Below, piece after piece: positions 16,136 to 25,175 of a DNA stretch of 63,761 nt. Source of the stretch: an uncultured Eubacteriales bacterium. Lineage in GTDB: Bacteria > Bacillota > Clostridia > Oscillospirales > CAG-382. The notes beneath the pieces are model-generated. The model ran no database searches. It worked only from the letters and a program-made list of their open reading frames with translations, and was not told where the DNA came from. The position numbers and the translations under genes were made by a program. The stretch is from contig CAKSDR010000002.1 of assembly GCA_934446095.1 (NCBI GenBank), positions 1 to 63,761 on the forward strand, read 5' to 3'. Within the stretch, counting starts at the first letter, position 1, and every line of letters begins with the position of its first letter.

Positions 16136-16666
16136 TTATTTTGCGTTTTTTCTTATTTCAATTATTTCACATGCATACATTTTGTGAAAATCGTTGTTCG
16201 GATAGCAGTCGGGAAGTATAGAATCATCGCAGAAACCTGACTTTTCAAGAAAAGATGAATAAAGTTTTTTTCCGACAAAAGTTAATGTTGCCTGTTCAAA
16301 AAATACGGCGCTGTTTTCTATAACCGGCGTAAGTCCGGCTGCGGCTATTTTATCGCAGTCCCTGCCTGACAGCGTTCCGCAAAGAGAAAGCGCTTTTTTA
16401 TACTTTTTATCGAAAAATGAAACAGTAATAATATCGCTTTTTTCGGCAAAGCCGAAAGTATATCTTTGTGGCCGAATGGCGCAGATAAAAATATTTTTGT
16501 TCCACATAACTCCCATACCGCCCCAACTTGCAGTCATTGTATTGTAGGGGAGAGGCTTTTTAGATTCATCATATGCAGAAACAAGCATCCATTCTTTTCC
16601 GATTTTGTCAAAAACATTCAAATTTAAATCTTCCGGTTTTAATTTTTCATATTTCATAAAAGGCAC
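16136..16666 (-). CDS. Flavin reductase-like (FMN-binding split-barrel) domain protein
   Basis: NTMTASWGGMG motif and ~175-aa size are typical of flavin-reductase-domain proteins. Confidence 0.6.
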   Translation of the reverse strand: MPFMKYEKLKPEDLNLNVFDKIGKEWMLVSAYDESKKPLPYNTMTASWGGMGVMWNKNIFICAIRPQRYTFGFAEKSDIITVSFFDKKYKKALSLCGTLSGRDCDKIAAAGLTPVIENSAVFFEQATLTFVGKKLYSSFLEKSGFCDDSILPDCYPNNDFHKMYACEIIEIRKNAK

Positions 16667-16687
16667 CTCCGAAAAAATTTTTTATAT

Positions 16688-16720
16688 ACAAAAAGGACGC
16701 GCATAAATATTGCACGTCCT
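16688..16720 (-). terminator. Probable terminator after ftsH
   Basis: Stem AGGACG / CGTCCT (16694-16699 / 16715-16720). On the minus strand it is followed by TTTTTG. The 15-nt loop makes it weak. Confidence 0.45.
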
Positions 16721-16732
16721 AAAAGTTTTTTA

Positions 16733-18784
16733 TTATTCGGAATCTTTTGAATTGTCATCATATTCCGAAGTATCGCCGTGAGTATCCTCTGAAGTATTAT
16801 TTTCTTCATTTTCCGCCGGTTCTTCTCTGTAAACCGAAGACGTAACGGTGAATGCTTTTTTGGCGGCGTTCTTTTCAAGTTCAATTCTTCTGTTTTCGTT
16901 ATCTTCCATACTTTGCTTTTTCTTGCGATCCGCAATGGCTGCAATCTCTTCATTGGAAGGAGTGGGGTTTGTATCCATAAGGAACTTGAACTGTTCTTCA
17001 TCCATGGTTTCGTATTTTGTAAGATAATCGGCTGTCGCATGAAGTTTTTCAATATTTTCACGAAGAAGGCTTTCTGCTTTCGAAAAAGCATTTTCAATGA
17101 TTTTTTTGATTTCGCTGTCAATTTTGAATGCGGTTTCTTCGGAATAATTTCTTGTATTGTTAAAGTCACGTCCAAGAAAAACTTCATCGCTTGAATGTTC
17201 GGAACCGTATACTATAGGACCGAGTTCATCACTCATGCCGTAGCGTGTTACCATATCGCGCGCAATAGTGGTTGCTCTTTGGATATCATTTGACGCACCT
17301 CCGGAAATATCGTTGAATATTATTTTTTCGGCAACACGGCCGCCGAGCAATTCAACAATCTGTTCCTGAAGTCCGTTTTTATATACGCTGAATTTGTCTT
17401 CAACCGGAACAGTGAGCGTATATCCGAGAGCCCTTCCGCTGGGTATTATAGATATCTGACGGACAGGATCAAGAGAAGGAAGAATGTGCGCAAGAATTGC
17501 ATGACCGGCTTCATGGTATGCAGTTTTTCTCTTTTCCTCGGGCTTTATCTTAAAGGATTTCTTCTGCGTTCCGACCATTATTTTAAGGGTAGCCTCTTCG
17601 ATATCGTCCATTCCTATAAGACGCTTGTTTTTTCTTGCTGCGTGCAGGGCGGCTTCATTAAGAAGATTTGCAAGATCGGCACCCGTAAAGCCTACGGTTG
17701 CCTGTGCTACTTTTTCAAGGTCAACTGTTTTTTCAAAAGGTTTATTTTTTGCATGAACTTTCAAAATTGCGGCTCTGCCGTTGAGATCCGGGTAATTTAC
17801 CGTAACCTGACGGTCAAAACGTCCGGGTCTTAAAAGGGCGGGGTCAAGAATATCGGGTCTGTTGGTTGCAGCAATTACAATTACTCCTTCGTTGCTTCCG
17901 AAACCGTCCATTTCAACAAGCAATTGGTTAAGTGTCTGCTCTCTTTCGTCATGGCCGCCGCCGAGACCTGCGCCTCTGTGACGTCCTACTGCATCGATTT
18001 CATCTATAAATATAATGCCCGGGGCATTTTTCTTTGCCGTGTCAAAAAGGTCACGCACTCTTGAAGCGCCGACGCCGACATACATTTCCACAAAATCCGA
18101 GCCGGATATTGAATAAAAAGGAACGCCTGCTTCTCCGGCAACGGCTTTTGCAAGCAAGGTTTTACCTGTGCCGGGAGGGCCTACAAGGAGTACGCCTCTC
18201 GGAATTCTTGCGCCGAGTTCGGAAAATTTAAGCGGATTTTTAAGAAAAGCCACAACTTCTTCAAGTTCCGCCTTTTCTTCGTCTGCACCTGCGACGTCTT
18301 CAAAGCGAACTTTGTTTTTATCGGTCATAAGTTTTGCACGCGACCGTCCGAAAGAATTGATTCTTCCGCCTTTTCCGCCCATTGCTTGGTTCATTGAGAA
18401 AAGCCAGAGCAGAACAACGAAAACTATAACGATAAGGTAAGGAACGAAAGTGCTCCACCACGGAAGTTCAAACGGCTGTTCATAGTCGTAATCCGAAATT
18501 ATTCCGGCCTCATGTTGTTCTTTTACCAAATCATGCGTATCACTGTAAAAAATCGACAAGTCGGGAAGTTTGTATGTTACATTAGAATTGTCTTTCAATG
18601 TAAGTATTACATTATTGTTTTTATCAACGATAAACGACTCTACTTTTTCTTTATAAAAGCAGTCAAGAACGTCGTAATAATCAACCTTTTCCGGTTCATT
18701 TTGTCCCATCATCCATGTTGTTGCGGAAAGAATCAGCGCAATCAGCACAATATAAAATATAATTACTTTAATGTTATTCTTCAT
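16733..18784 (-). CDS. ftsH: ATP-dependent zinc metalloprotease FtsH
   Basis: Two N-terminal TM helices. AAA+ motif [22 protein letters not shown]. Zinc site HEAGHA. Acidic C-terminal tail. Confidence 0.95.
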   Translation of the reverse strand: MKNNIKVIIFYIVLIALILSATTWMMGQNEPEKVDYYDVLDCFYKEKVESFIVDKNNNVILTLKDNSNVTYKLPDLSIFYSDTHDLVKEQHEAGIISDYDYEQPFELPWWSTFVPYLIVIVFVVLLWLFSMNQAMGGKGGRINSFGRSRAKLMTDKNKVRFEDVAGADEEKAELEEVVAFLKNPLKFSELGARIPRGVLLVGPPGTGKTLLAKAVAGEAGVPFYSISGSDFVEMYVGVGASRVRDLFDTAKKNAPGIIFIDEIDAVGRHRGAGLGGGHDEREQTLNQLLVEMDGFGSNEGVIVIAATNRPDILDPALLRPGRFDRQVTVNYPDLNGRAAILKVHAKNKPFEKTVDLEKVAQATVGFTGADLANLLNEAALHAARKNKRLIGMDDIEEATLKIMVGTQKKSFKIKPEEKRKTAYHEAGHAILAHILPSLDPVRQISIIPSGRALGYTLTVPVEDKFSVYKNGLQEQIVELLGGRVAEKIIFNDISGGASNDIQRATTIARDMVTRYGMSDELGPIVYGSEHSSDEVFLGRDFNNTRNYSEETAFKIDSEIKKIIENAFSKAESLLRENIEKLHATADYLTKYETMDEEQFKFLMDTNPTPSNEEIAAIADRKKKQSMEDNENRRIELEKNAAKKAFTVTSSVYREEPAENEENNTSEDTHGDTSEYDDNSKDSE

Positions 18785-18809
18785 CTAAAAAATTACCACT
18801 CCTTGTATA

Positions 18810-20207
18810 TTATATGCATTTATAAAGACCGATATTTATGTTTTTTCTGCCGTCTTTAATATAACACCTGTCGCACACAGGCATACCGAAAGAGGTTACA
18901 ACACCGTCGTTATCGCATAAAACCGGATAAAAAGCACGTTCATATTCAGGTATTTTAATATCCGAAAACATTTTTTTTACGCTTTTTGTAACGCCGCGGA
19001 CTTTATATGAATCTTTTGAAAGTCTGTTTCTTGCTTTAAGATCACCATTTATTTTATCAGAAAAAAGGGTTGTATTTTTATATAATTTGTAAATATTTGA
19101 TTTATCTGTTAAAGTTTCGGGTAAAAATTTGTTTACATTTTGAAAATCAATATAAAGCGCGAACATATCGTTCAATATATTTTTACCGTTTTTCAAGGTT
19201 ATATTAAAAGAAAAAGAAGAAAGTTCTTTTTTCTCGGCAAGATAGTCTTTTTTTAATAAAAATGATATTTTTAAAGGAGTAATTTTTGCATAAATATCAT
19301 TCGGGAGACTTATAAATCTTGTTTTTTTGTCGAAGACAACATCGAGTATACCTTTGCATACGGATTTTATATTTATATATGACAGCGAACAGTTCGATAT
19401 GTCGGAGTATAGTGAAATTACAAGCCGCGACATAAGAGAAAAGGGAAGAGAGGCAATTTCGCGTGTGTTATATGTTTTCTTTTCCGCGGCGAGAGTATTC
19501 AAAAAATTCTTGTCGCATCTTAATAAGTCTGAAGTTTTAAGGCATGAACTTTCAAAAGACGGATTTATTTTTTTAATTTCCGGTATAATATAGTTTCTTA
19601 TTAAATTTCTTGAGTATTCGGGCGAAAAGTTTGTGCTGTCCGTGACAAAAGGTTGTTTCTTTTCTTTTAAATATTCTTCGACTTCGGTTCTTGTAATATC
19701 AATCAGCGGGCGTATAATATTGCCGCGCACAGGCGGAATTCCGCAAAGACCGTCGATACCGGTTCCCCTTGCAAGATTGAAAATTAAAGTTTCTGCATTG
19801 TCAGACAAAGTATGCGCCGTTGCAATTTTGGTAAACGAAAATTTTTTGCAAAGACTTGAAAAGTATGAGTATCTTTCATTGCGCGCAGCCTCTTCAAGGC
19901 CGGTACCATTTCTATCTGAAATTTCCGGGACATTGACATTTTCAGTGTAAAACGGAATGCTGACCGACAGGCACAAATTACGGCAGAACTCCTGATCACG
20001 TTCCGCCTCTCCTTTTCGTATCATATGATTCACATGACATGCAAAAATTTCGAATTTCAGTGAAAGTTCATTTTTTATATTTATTAAAGCAAGCAGCAAA
20101 GAGCATGAATCCGCTCCACCCGAAAGTCCGACTAAAATCTTATCGGACGGATTTATCATGCAATACTTTTCTATTGTCTTTAAAACTTTTTGCTCAAAAT
20201 TATTCAT
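18810..20207 (-). CDS. tilS: tRNA(Ile)-lysidine synthase TilS
   Basis: PP-loop motif VGLSGGADS. Start placed at ATG 20207 (MNNFEQ), overlapping the dnaB stop as ATGAATAA. The ORF track extends to 20249, inside dnaB. Confidence 0.88.
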   Translation of the reverse strand: MNNFEQKVLKTIEKYCMINPSDKILVGLSGGADSCSLLLALINIKNELSLKFEIFACHVNHMIRKGEAERDQEFCRNLCLSVSIPFYTENVNVPEISDRNGTGLEEAARNERYSYFSSLCKKFSFTKIATAHTLSDNAETLIFNLARGTGIDGLCGIPPVRGNIIRPLIDITRTEVEEYLKEKKQPFVTDSTNFSPEYSRNLIRNYIIPEIKKINPSFESSCLKTSDLLRCDKNFLNTLAAEKKTYNTREIASLPFSLMSRLVISLYSDISNCSLSYINIKSVCKGILDVVFDKKTRFISLPNDIYAKITPLKISFLLKKDYLAEKKELSSFSFNITLKNGKNILNDMFALYIDFQNVNKFLPETLTDKSNIYKLYKNTTLFSDKINGDLKARNRLSKDSYKVRGVTKSVKKMFSDIKIPEYERAFYPVLCDNDGVVTSFGMPVCDRCYIKDGRKNINIGLYKCI

Positions 20208-21543
20208 GATGTTCAGTGTCCATAGACGTAAACTTTGTATATTGCCCATACCATCCGAGATTTGCTTTTCCTGTAGAACCGTGGCGGTTTTTTGCGACTA
20301 TGCACTGAGCAATGTTTTGCATCTCTGGGTTGTCCTTATAATAATCGTCCCTGTAAAGAAACATTACAATATCGGCATCCTGCTCGATAGCGCCGGAATC
20401 TCTAAGGTCCGAAAGCATAGGTGTTTTATCTGTTCTTGACTCGGGTCCGCGTGACAACTGCGCGCAGGTTATTACCGGAACTTTCAGGTCTTTTGCCAAA
20501 AGTTTTAATCCTCTTGAAATGTCGGCGACTTCCTGTACTCTGTTATCGGTATGCTTTTCGGACTGCATTAACTGAAGGTAGTCAATTATGACAAGACCGA
20601 GATTTTTTACTCTTCTGAGTTTTGCTTTCATTCCCGTGACGGTAATGCCTGTTGTATCATCAATTAAGATATCCGTTTCGGAAAGAACTGAAACTGCCTG
20701 CGCAAGTTTTGTCCAGTCAGTATCGTCAAGTTCTCCCGTGCGCATCTTACTGCTGTCAATCATGGCTTCGCTTGACAGCATTCTTGAAACCAACTGCTCG
20801 TTTGACATTTCAAGCGAAAAAATTGCAACAGTTTTCTTTTTTCTGCATGCGATATTTGTTGCAATATTAAGACAGAAGGAGGTTTTTCCCATACCGGGTC
20901 TTGCTCCTACAAGCACAAGGTCGCTGTCTTGCATGCCTATTAAAAGTTTATCTATACTTGAAAAATAGGTAGGAGTTCCCATTGCGGATTCTTTGTCGTT
21001 AATAAGTTCCTGAAGTCTTGCGTAATTTGAAATGATTATATCTTTTATATGAGTAAAACCTTTTGAATTTACGTTGTTTGCAATATCAAATATTTTCTGC
21101 TCGGACGCATCAAGGATAGTATCAACATCTCCTTCGCCGGAGTATGCCATCTTGCTGATATCGTCGGAGGCGTCAATAAGTTCGCGGAGCAGGGCTTTAT
21201 CGTGGATTATTTTTGCGTAATCACGGACATTTGAAATTGAAGGAACGGAATCGGAGAGAAGTTTTATATAATTTTTTCCGCCCGATTCATCATAGGTTCC
21301 TTGTTTTACAAGAATGTCCAGCAAAGTTACAACATCAATGCTGCGGTTTTGAAAAAACAGCGAGCGCATGGCGTCATATATTACAGTATGCTCTTCAAGA
21401 TAAAAATCACTCGGATTTATCAGGGAAGCAATTTCCTGAATTTTTTCCGGGTCAAGCAGTATTGCACCGAGAACTGACTGTTCCGCTTCAATTGAAAACG
21501 GGACCTGCCGGACAGAATCAATATCTGTAAATTTTGTATTCAT
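20200..21543 (-). CDS. dnaB: Replicative DNA helicase (DnaB family; DnaC in B. subtilis nomenclature)
   Basis: P.S.EAE.SVLGAILLD N-terminus. Walker A GARPGMGKTSF. Walker B VIIDYLQLM. Confidence 0.95.
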   Translation of the reverse strand: MNTKFTDIDSVRQVPFSIEAEQSVLGAILLDPEKIQEIASLINPSDFYLEEHTVIYDAMRSLFFQNRSIDVVTLLDILVKQGTYDESGGKNYIKLLSDSVPSISNVRDYAKIIHDKALLRELIDASDDISKMAYSGEGDVDTILDASEQKIFDIANNVNSKGFTHIKDIIISNYARLQELINDKESAMGTPTYFSSIDKLLIGMQDSDLVLVGARPGMGKTSFCLNIATNIACRKKKTVAIFSLEMSNEQLVSRMLSSEAMIDSSKMRTGELDDTDWTKLAQAVSVLSETDILIDDTTGITVTGMKAKLRRVKNLGLVIIDYLQLMQSEKHTDNRVQEVADISRGLKLLAKDLKVPVITCAQLSRGPESRTDKTPMLSDLRDSGAIEQDADIVMFLYRDDYYKDNPEMQNIAQCIVAKNRHGSTGKANLGWYGQYTKFTSMDTEHHE

Positions 21544-21588
21544 AATAACCTCCGGAACGCTCTTGAAAATAGGTAAAAATACATAGCG

Positions 21589-22038
21589 TTATTGTTTTTC
21601 GCTGACAAGCACCTTTAATTTTCCCTGCACATCTGAAAAAAGTTTAACCGTAAGTTCATAATTTCCGTAGGCTTTTATAGGTTCTGCGAGAACTATTTTT
21701 CTTTTTTCAATATCGATTCCGAATTGTTCCTTCAATGCTTCCGAAATTTCCTTTGATGTTATAGATCCGTAAAATCTGCCGTCTGTTCCGGATACTGCTG
21801 ATAATTTTACAGTTATGGAGCCGAGTTTTTCGCATATTGAGAGGGCTTCTTTCTTTTCTTCCTCTTTTTTATATTGTGCGGAAGCGGCTTTCATTTTAAA
21901 CTCATTTATTATTGAGGCTGTCGCTTCAACCGCAAATTTTTTCGGAAAAAGAAAATTCCTTGCATATCCTTCGGATACATTTATAATTTCACCTTTTTTC
22001 CCTTGTGATCTAACATCTTGTAACAATAATACTTTCAT
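21589..22038 (-). CDS. rplI: 50S ribosomal protein L9
   Basis: MKVLLLQDV...GKKGEI..V..GYARNFL.P motif. 149 aa. Confidence 0.95.
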   Translation of the reverse strand: MKVLLLQDVRSQGKKGEIINVSEGYARNFLFPKKFAVEATASIINEFKMKAASAQYKKEEEKKEALSICEKLGSITVKLSAVSGTDGRFYGSITSKEISEALKEQFGIDIEKRKIVLAEPIKAYGNYELTVKLFSDVQGKLKVLVSEKQ

Positions 22039-22074
22039 AAATATTTACCTCCGTGTTTTTTAATTGTATATTTT

Positions 22075-24060
22075 TTAAGAGAGATATTTGTCGATTGCTT
22101 GTTTTAAAAGATTTAATGCTGAAGTTATATCGGTATCGCTTATTTGTGCGCCCGCCGCGTCAAAATGTCCTCCGCCTTCAAATTCCTCAAGGATAAGCTG
22201 TACGTTTATTTTTCCGTTTGAACGTGCGGAAATATGAACGTTGCCGCCTATAGCGCATGCCACAAAAGCAGCGTCAACACCCTCAATCTCAAGAAGTTTA
22301 TCGGCGGCTTTTGCGGCGGCAATGTTATCGCTGGAGTTCGATTCGCCTCCGTATGCCGCAATGGCGATAGAGTCTTTGTATATAATTACGTTGCTTTCGA
22401 ATTTTATTTCGCGGAGAAAATCTGAAACGCTGGTTCTGAATAATTTTCTCGCTTCGTTGGGATCTGCGCCCTCGCCTCTAAGATACAAAGCTGCGCCGAA
22501 AGTACGGACCCCGGTATTTTTTGTAAAGTTTTTCGTGTCGAGAAGCATTCCCGCAAAAAGCAGTTCGGCTTCTGTTTTTGCAAGAGTTCCGGGCTGAACT
22601 GCCTGTTCAAGTATTTCGCACATGAGTTCTGACGCGGAAGAGGCCGAAGGTTCGATATAGGCAAGAACCGGAACTTTTTCAAACTCCTGAGTTTTTCTGT
22701 GATGATCTATGATTACAACATTTTTGCAATTCTCATAAACGTCGGGAGCTTCAAAATGAACTGGGTTGTTTACGTCGCATATTATAAGCAGCGTATCGGA
22801 ACGTATTGTGTCTTGGGCTGAAACATTATCGGTAAAAAGATCGGGATAGATGCTGCTTTTCAGCATTTTGGAAAAAATAGGCTTTAGGTTCGCGTCATGA
22901 ATATTTACAATAACATTTGCGGTTTTGCCGAGAGAAATGGCGATTCTTGCGGCAGCCATGCAGGCGGCAATGCAGTCATGGTCGGCAAATTTGTGACCCA
23001 TTACCAAAACGTTTGAACTTTCCTTTATGAGATTTACAAGGTCGCCCGCAACTATACGGGAGCGTATTTTTGTTTTTTTCTGCACGGTTTTTGTTTTGCC
23101 GCCGTAGTATTCGGTTGAACTTTCCGTTTTTACAACAGCCTGATCTCCGCCTCTTTGCAGGGCAAGTTCAAGGGCTCTTTTTGCAGTGTTTTCTTTTTCG
23201 GAAAGAGAGCCTTTTATTTTTGCAAGGCCGATTGACGCGGTTATAGGTATATTTATGTCGTTAAGGGTTGTTTCTCTTATCTTGTCGAGAATATCAAATT
23301 TTGAAGAAATAACGTTTGAAAGATTTTTTTCTTCAAGTATAACCATATATTTATCTTTTTCATATTCTTTTATGATTCCGCCGAAGGTTTCGCACCATGA
23401 GTCGAGAAGTTCCGCCACATGGACCGAAACGGTGCGGTATTTTTCCTGTATATATGGCATGACTTCGGAAATGTTGTCTATCATTACAAAGCAGACAATG
23501 AGATTACTTTCCTCAAGTTCGCGTTTTGTATTTAAAAGTTCTGTTTTGTCATTCCACACCGTCATGCAGTAACTTTTGCCGTGAGAGTTAAGTTTATATC
23601 CCGAAATATCATATGTTACGTTGTTGTAATCAAGCGTTATTACAGCGCCGGCTTTCATTTGTTCAATTCGCTGAGAGGTAAATGTATTGCTCACAACATC
23701 GGCAATATTTCTACCGTACATGGATTTATTGTACTGCGATACTGCGATAAATGCTTTGTTGTACCATATTATAATGCCGCTGTCATTTACTGCGATTGCC
23801 GGGGAATTGAAACTCATTACAAAGTCGAGCGTAATGCCTGAAATTTTGCTGCTTTCGGTAAGAACGCCTTCGCTTCGGGAGTCGCTTTTCAGAATGAAAT
23901 ACATTGCCGCAATATAAATTACAATAAATGCGAGCCCGGAAAAAAGCAACAGTTTGTTTTTGGCGCCGCAGATGACGGCATATATGCAAAATATTGCGAG
24001 CGCACAAAGAATGCTCTTGTTGCGCATCATATTTTTCAGTTGCTGTAACAGTTCTTTCAT
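22075..24060 (-). CDS. gdpP: GdpP/YybT-type DHH-DHHA1 phosphodiesterase (cyclic-di-AMP phosphodiesterase)
   Basis: Two N-terminal TM helices, then a PAS-like and a degenerate GGDEF region. DHH motifs HKFADHD and IIDHH. DHHA1 GGGH motif. Synteny yybS-gdpP-rplI-dnaB. Confidence 0.85.
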   Translation of the reverse strand: MKELLQQLKNMMRNKSILCALAIFCIYAVICGAKNKLLLFSGLAFIVIYIAAMYFILKSDSRSEGVLTESSKISGITLDFVMSFNSPAIAVNDSGIIIWYNKAFIAVSQYNKSMYGRNIADVVSNTFTSQRIEQMKAGAVITLDYNNVTYDISGYKLNSHGKSYCMTVWNDKTELLNTKRELEESNLIVCFVMIDNISEVMPYIQEKYRTVSVHVAELLDSWCETFGGIIKEYEKDKYMVILEEKNLSNVISSKFDILDKIRETTLNDINIPITASIGLAKIKGSLSEKENTAKRALELALQRGGDQAVVKTESSTEYYGGKTKTVQKKTKIRSRIVAGDLVNLIKESSNVLVMGHKFADHDCIAACMAAARIAISLGKTANVIVNIHDANLKPIFSKMLKSSIYPDLFTDNVSAQDTIRSDTLLIICDVNNPVHFEAPDVYENCKNVVIIDHHRKTQEFEKVPVLAYIEPSASSASELMCEILEQAVQPGTLAKTEAELLFAGMLLDTKNFTKNTGVRTFGAALYLRGEGADPNEARKLFRTSVSDFLREIKFESNVIIYKDSIAIAAYGGESNSSDNIAAAKAADKLLEIEGVDAAFVACAIGGNVHISARSNGKINVQLILEEFEGGGHFDAAGAQISDTDITSALNLLKQAIDKYLS

Positions 24061-24078
24061 TATCGTACCTACTTGAAA

Positions 24079-25161
24079 TTAGTTATAGAATTCGTTTCTT
24101 CTGCTGCGAAGGATTGAAAAAAGACCGATTGTTACAAGTACATATAATCCTATGGAGAATGTAAAAATTACAAATGTAACTATAATAATCATTATGAGTA
24201 TGCAAAGACTTTTGGGGACCTTTTTCATAAGATATGAACTTATGCTTGAAAGTCCGGTGACTGCAAATCCGGGAGTTAGAATATTTAACATGTTTGAAAG
24301 CGTAAAGTATATTGCCGAAGTTTTGTACGAGAATACAAGCATCATAAAGTACAGGAAAATATAAATGTTTGCGCTTGCAAAAGACATGGTTACTTTATAA
24401 TTGCAGTTTTTTATAAAGGAATACTCTCCGAAAATTTTTGCCAAAAGCGCTGTAAATACAGTGCATAAATAACAATATACCGTAAATAAAACTATGAATA
24501 TTGAAGGAAGCGACATTTTAAGGCTATAGATTAAATCATCGAAAAAGCCTACAATGTCATCGTTCGAATATGGTTTTAAAAACTGGCTCAGCATATAGTT
24601 CGGATCCTGCAAAGCCGCATTTGCATTTTCGCCTTCCGCGACACTTTCGGAAACAAGCGAACTCAAACTTTCTTTTATGTTTTCAAGCGGCAGGGTTATT
24701 GAATGAACTATCTGCTTTAACGTAAGATCCGGGTTATGCACTCTTTCCGCGAGAAACAGGAGTATAAAGAAGGCGATGCAGCCCATGACCGAAAATATTA
24801 TTCCGGCATTTTTTGCATTGTTTTTTTCTTTTGTGATTCCGGTATATATTCCGAAAGAAATGAACACCGGCAAAAAGATGTTTACGCAGTGTATTGTCGG
24901 AAAATGCAGCAGGTACGCCACAATAAAAGCAATTGCCGGGGGTATGACGGAGAAGGTCCCGCCTTTTTTCAGGCAACTCACCGTATAAAGGCATGAAACC
25001 ATAAACGATGCGGCAAGGTCAAGACCTGATTGCCCCGTAGAGGTGACTATGAATAGAAAAATGCATATTATGTCAAGTACTATTGACAACGGAGATATTT
25101 TTATAACTTTTACAAAGTTTGATTCTTCTCTTCCGTTATTTTGAAAATCATTTTGGTTCAT
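24079..25161 (-). CDS. Polytopic membrane protein, YybS-like (DUF2232) by position
   Basis: About 9-10 TM helices. Lies immediately upstream of gdpP, as yybS does in Bacillus. The call rests on synteny, not on a motif. Confidence 0.55.
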   Translation of the reverse strand: MNQNDFQNNGREESNFVKVIKISPLSIVLDIICIFLFIVTSTGQSGLDLAASFMVSCLYTVSCLKKGGTFSVIPPAIAFIVAYLLHFPTIHCVNIFLPVFISFGIYTGITKEKNNAKNAGIIFSVMGCIAFFILLFLAERVHNPDLTLKQIVHSITLPLENIKESLSSLVSESVAEGENANAALQDPNYMLSQFLKPYSNDDIVGFFDDLIYSLKMSLPSIFIVLFTVYCYLCTVFTALLAKIFGEYSFIKNCNYKVTMSFASANIYIFLYFMMLVFSYKTSAIYFTLSNMLNILTPGFAVTGLSSISSYLMKKVPKSLCILIMIIIVTFVIFTFSIGLYVLVTIGLFSILRSRRNEFYN

Positions 25162-25175
25162 ATGGTGCCGCCTTA

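Noticed and set aside
16654-17187. 177-aa Lys/Arg-rich ORF on the same strand as ftsH, overlapping its 3' end in another frame.
   Set aside because: It is an alternative-frame reading of the acidic FtsH tail. There is no RBS, and it would span the ftsH stop and terminator region. There is no evidence for an overlapping gene.
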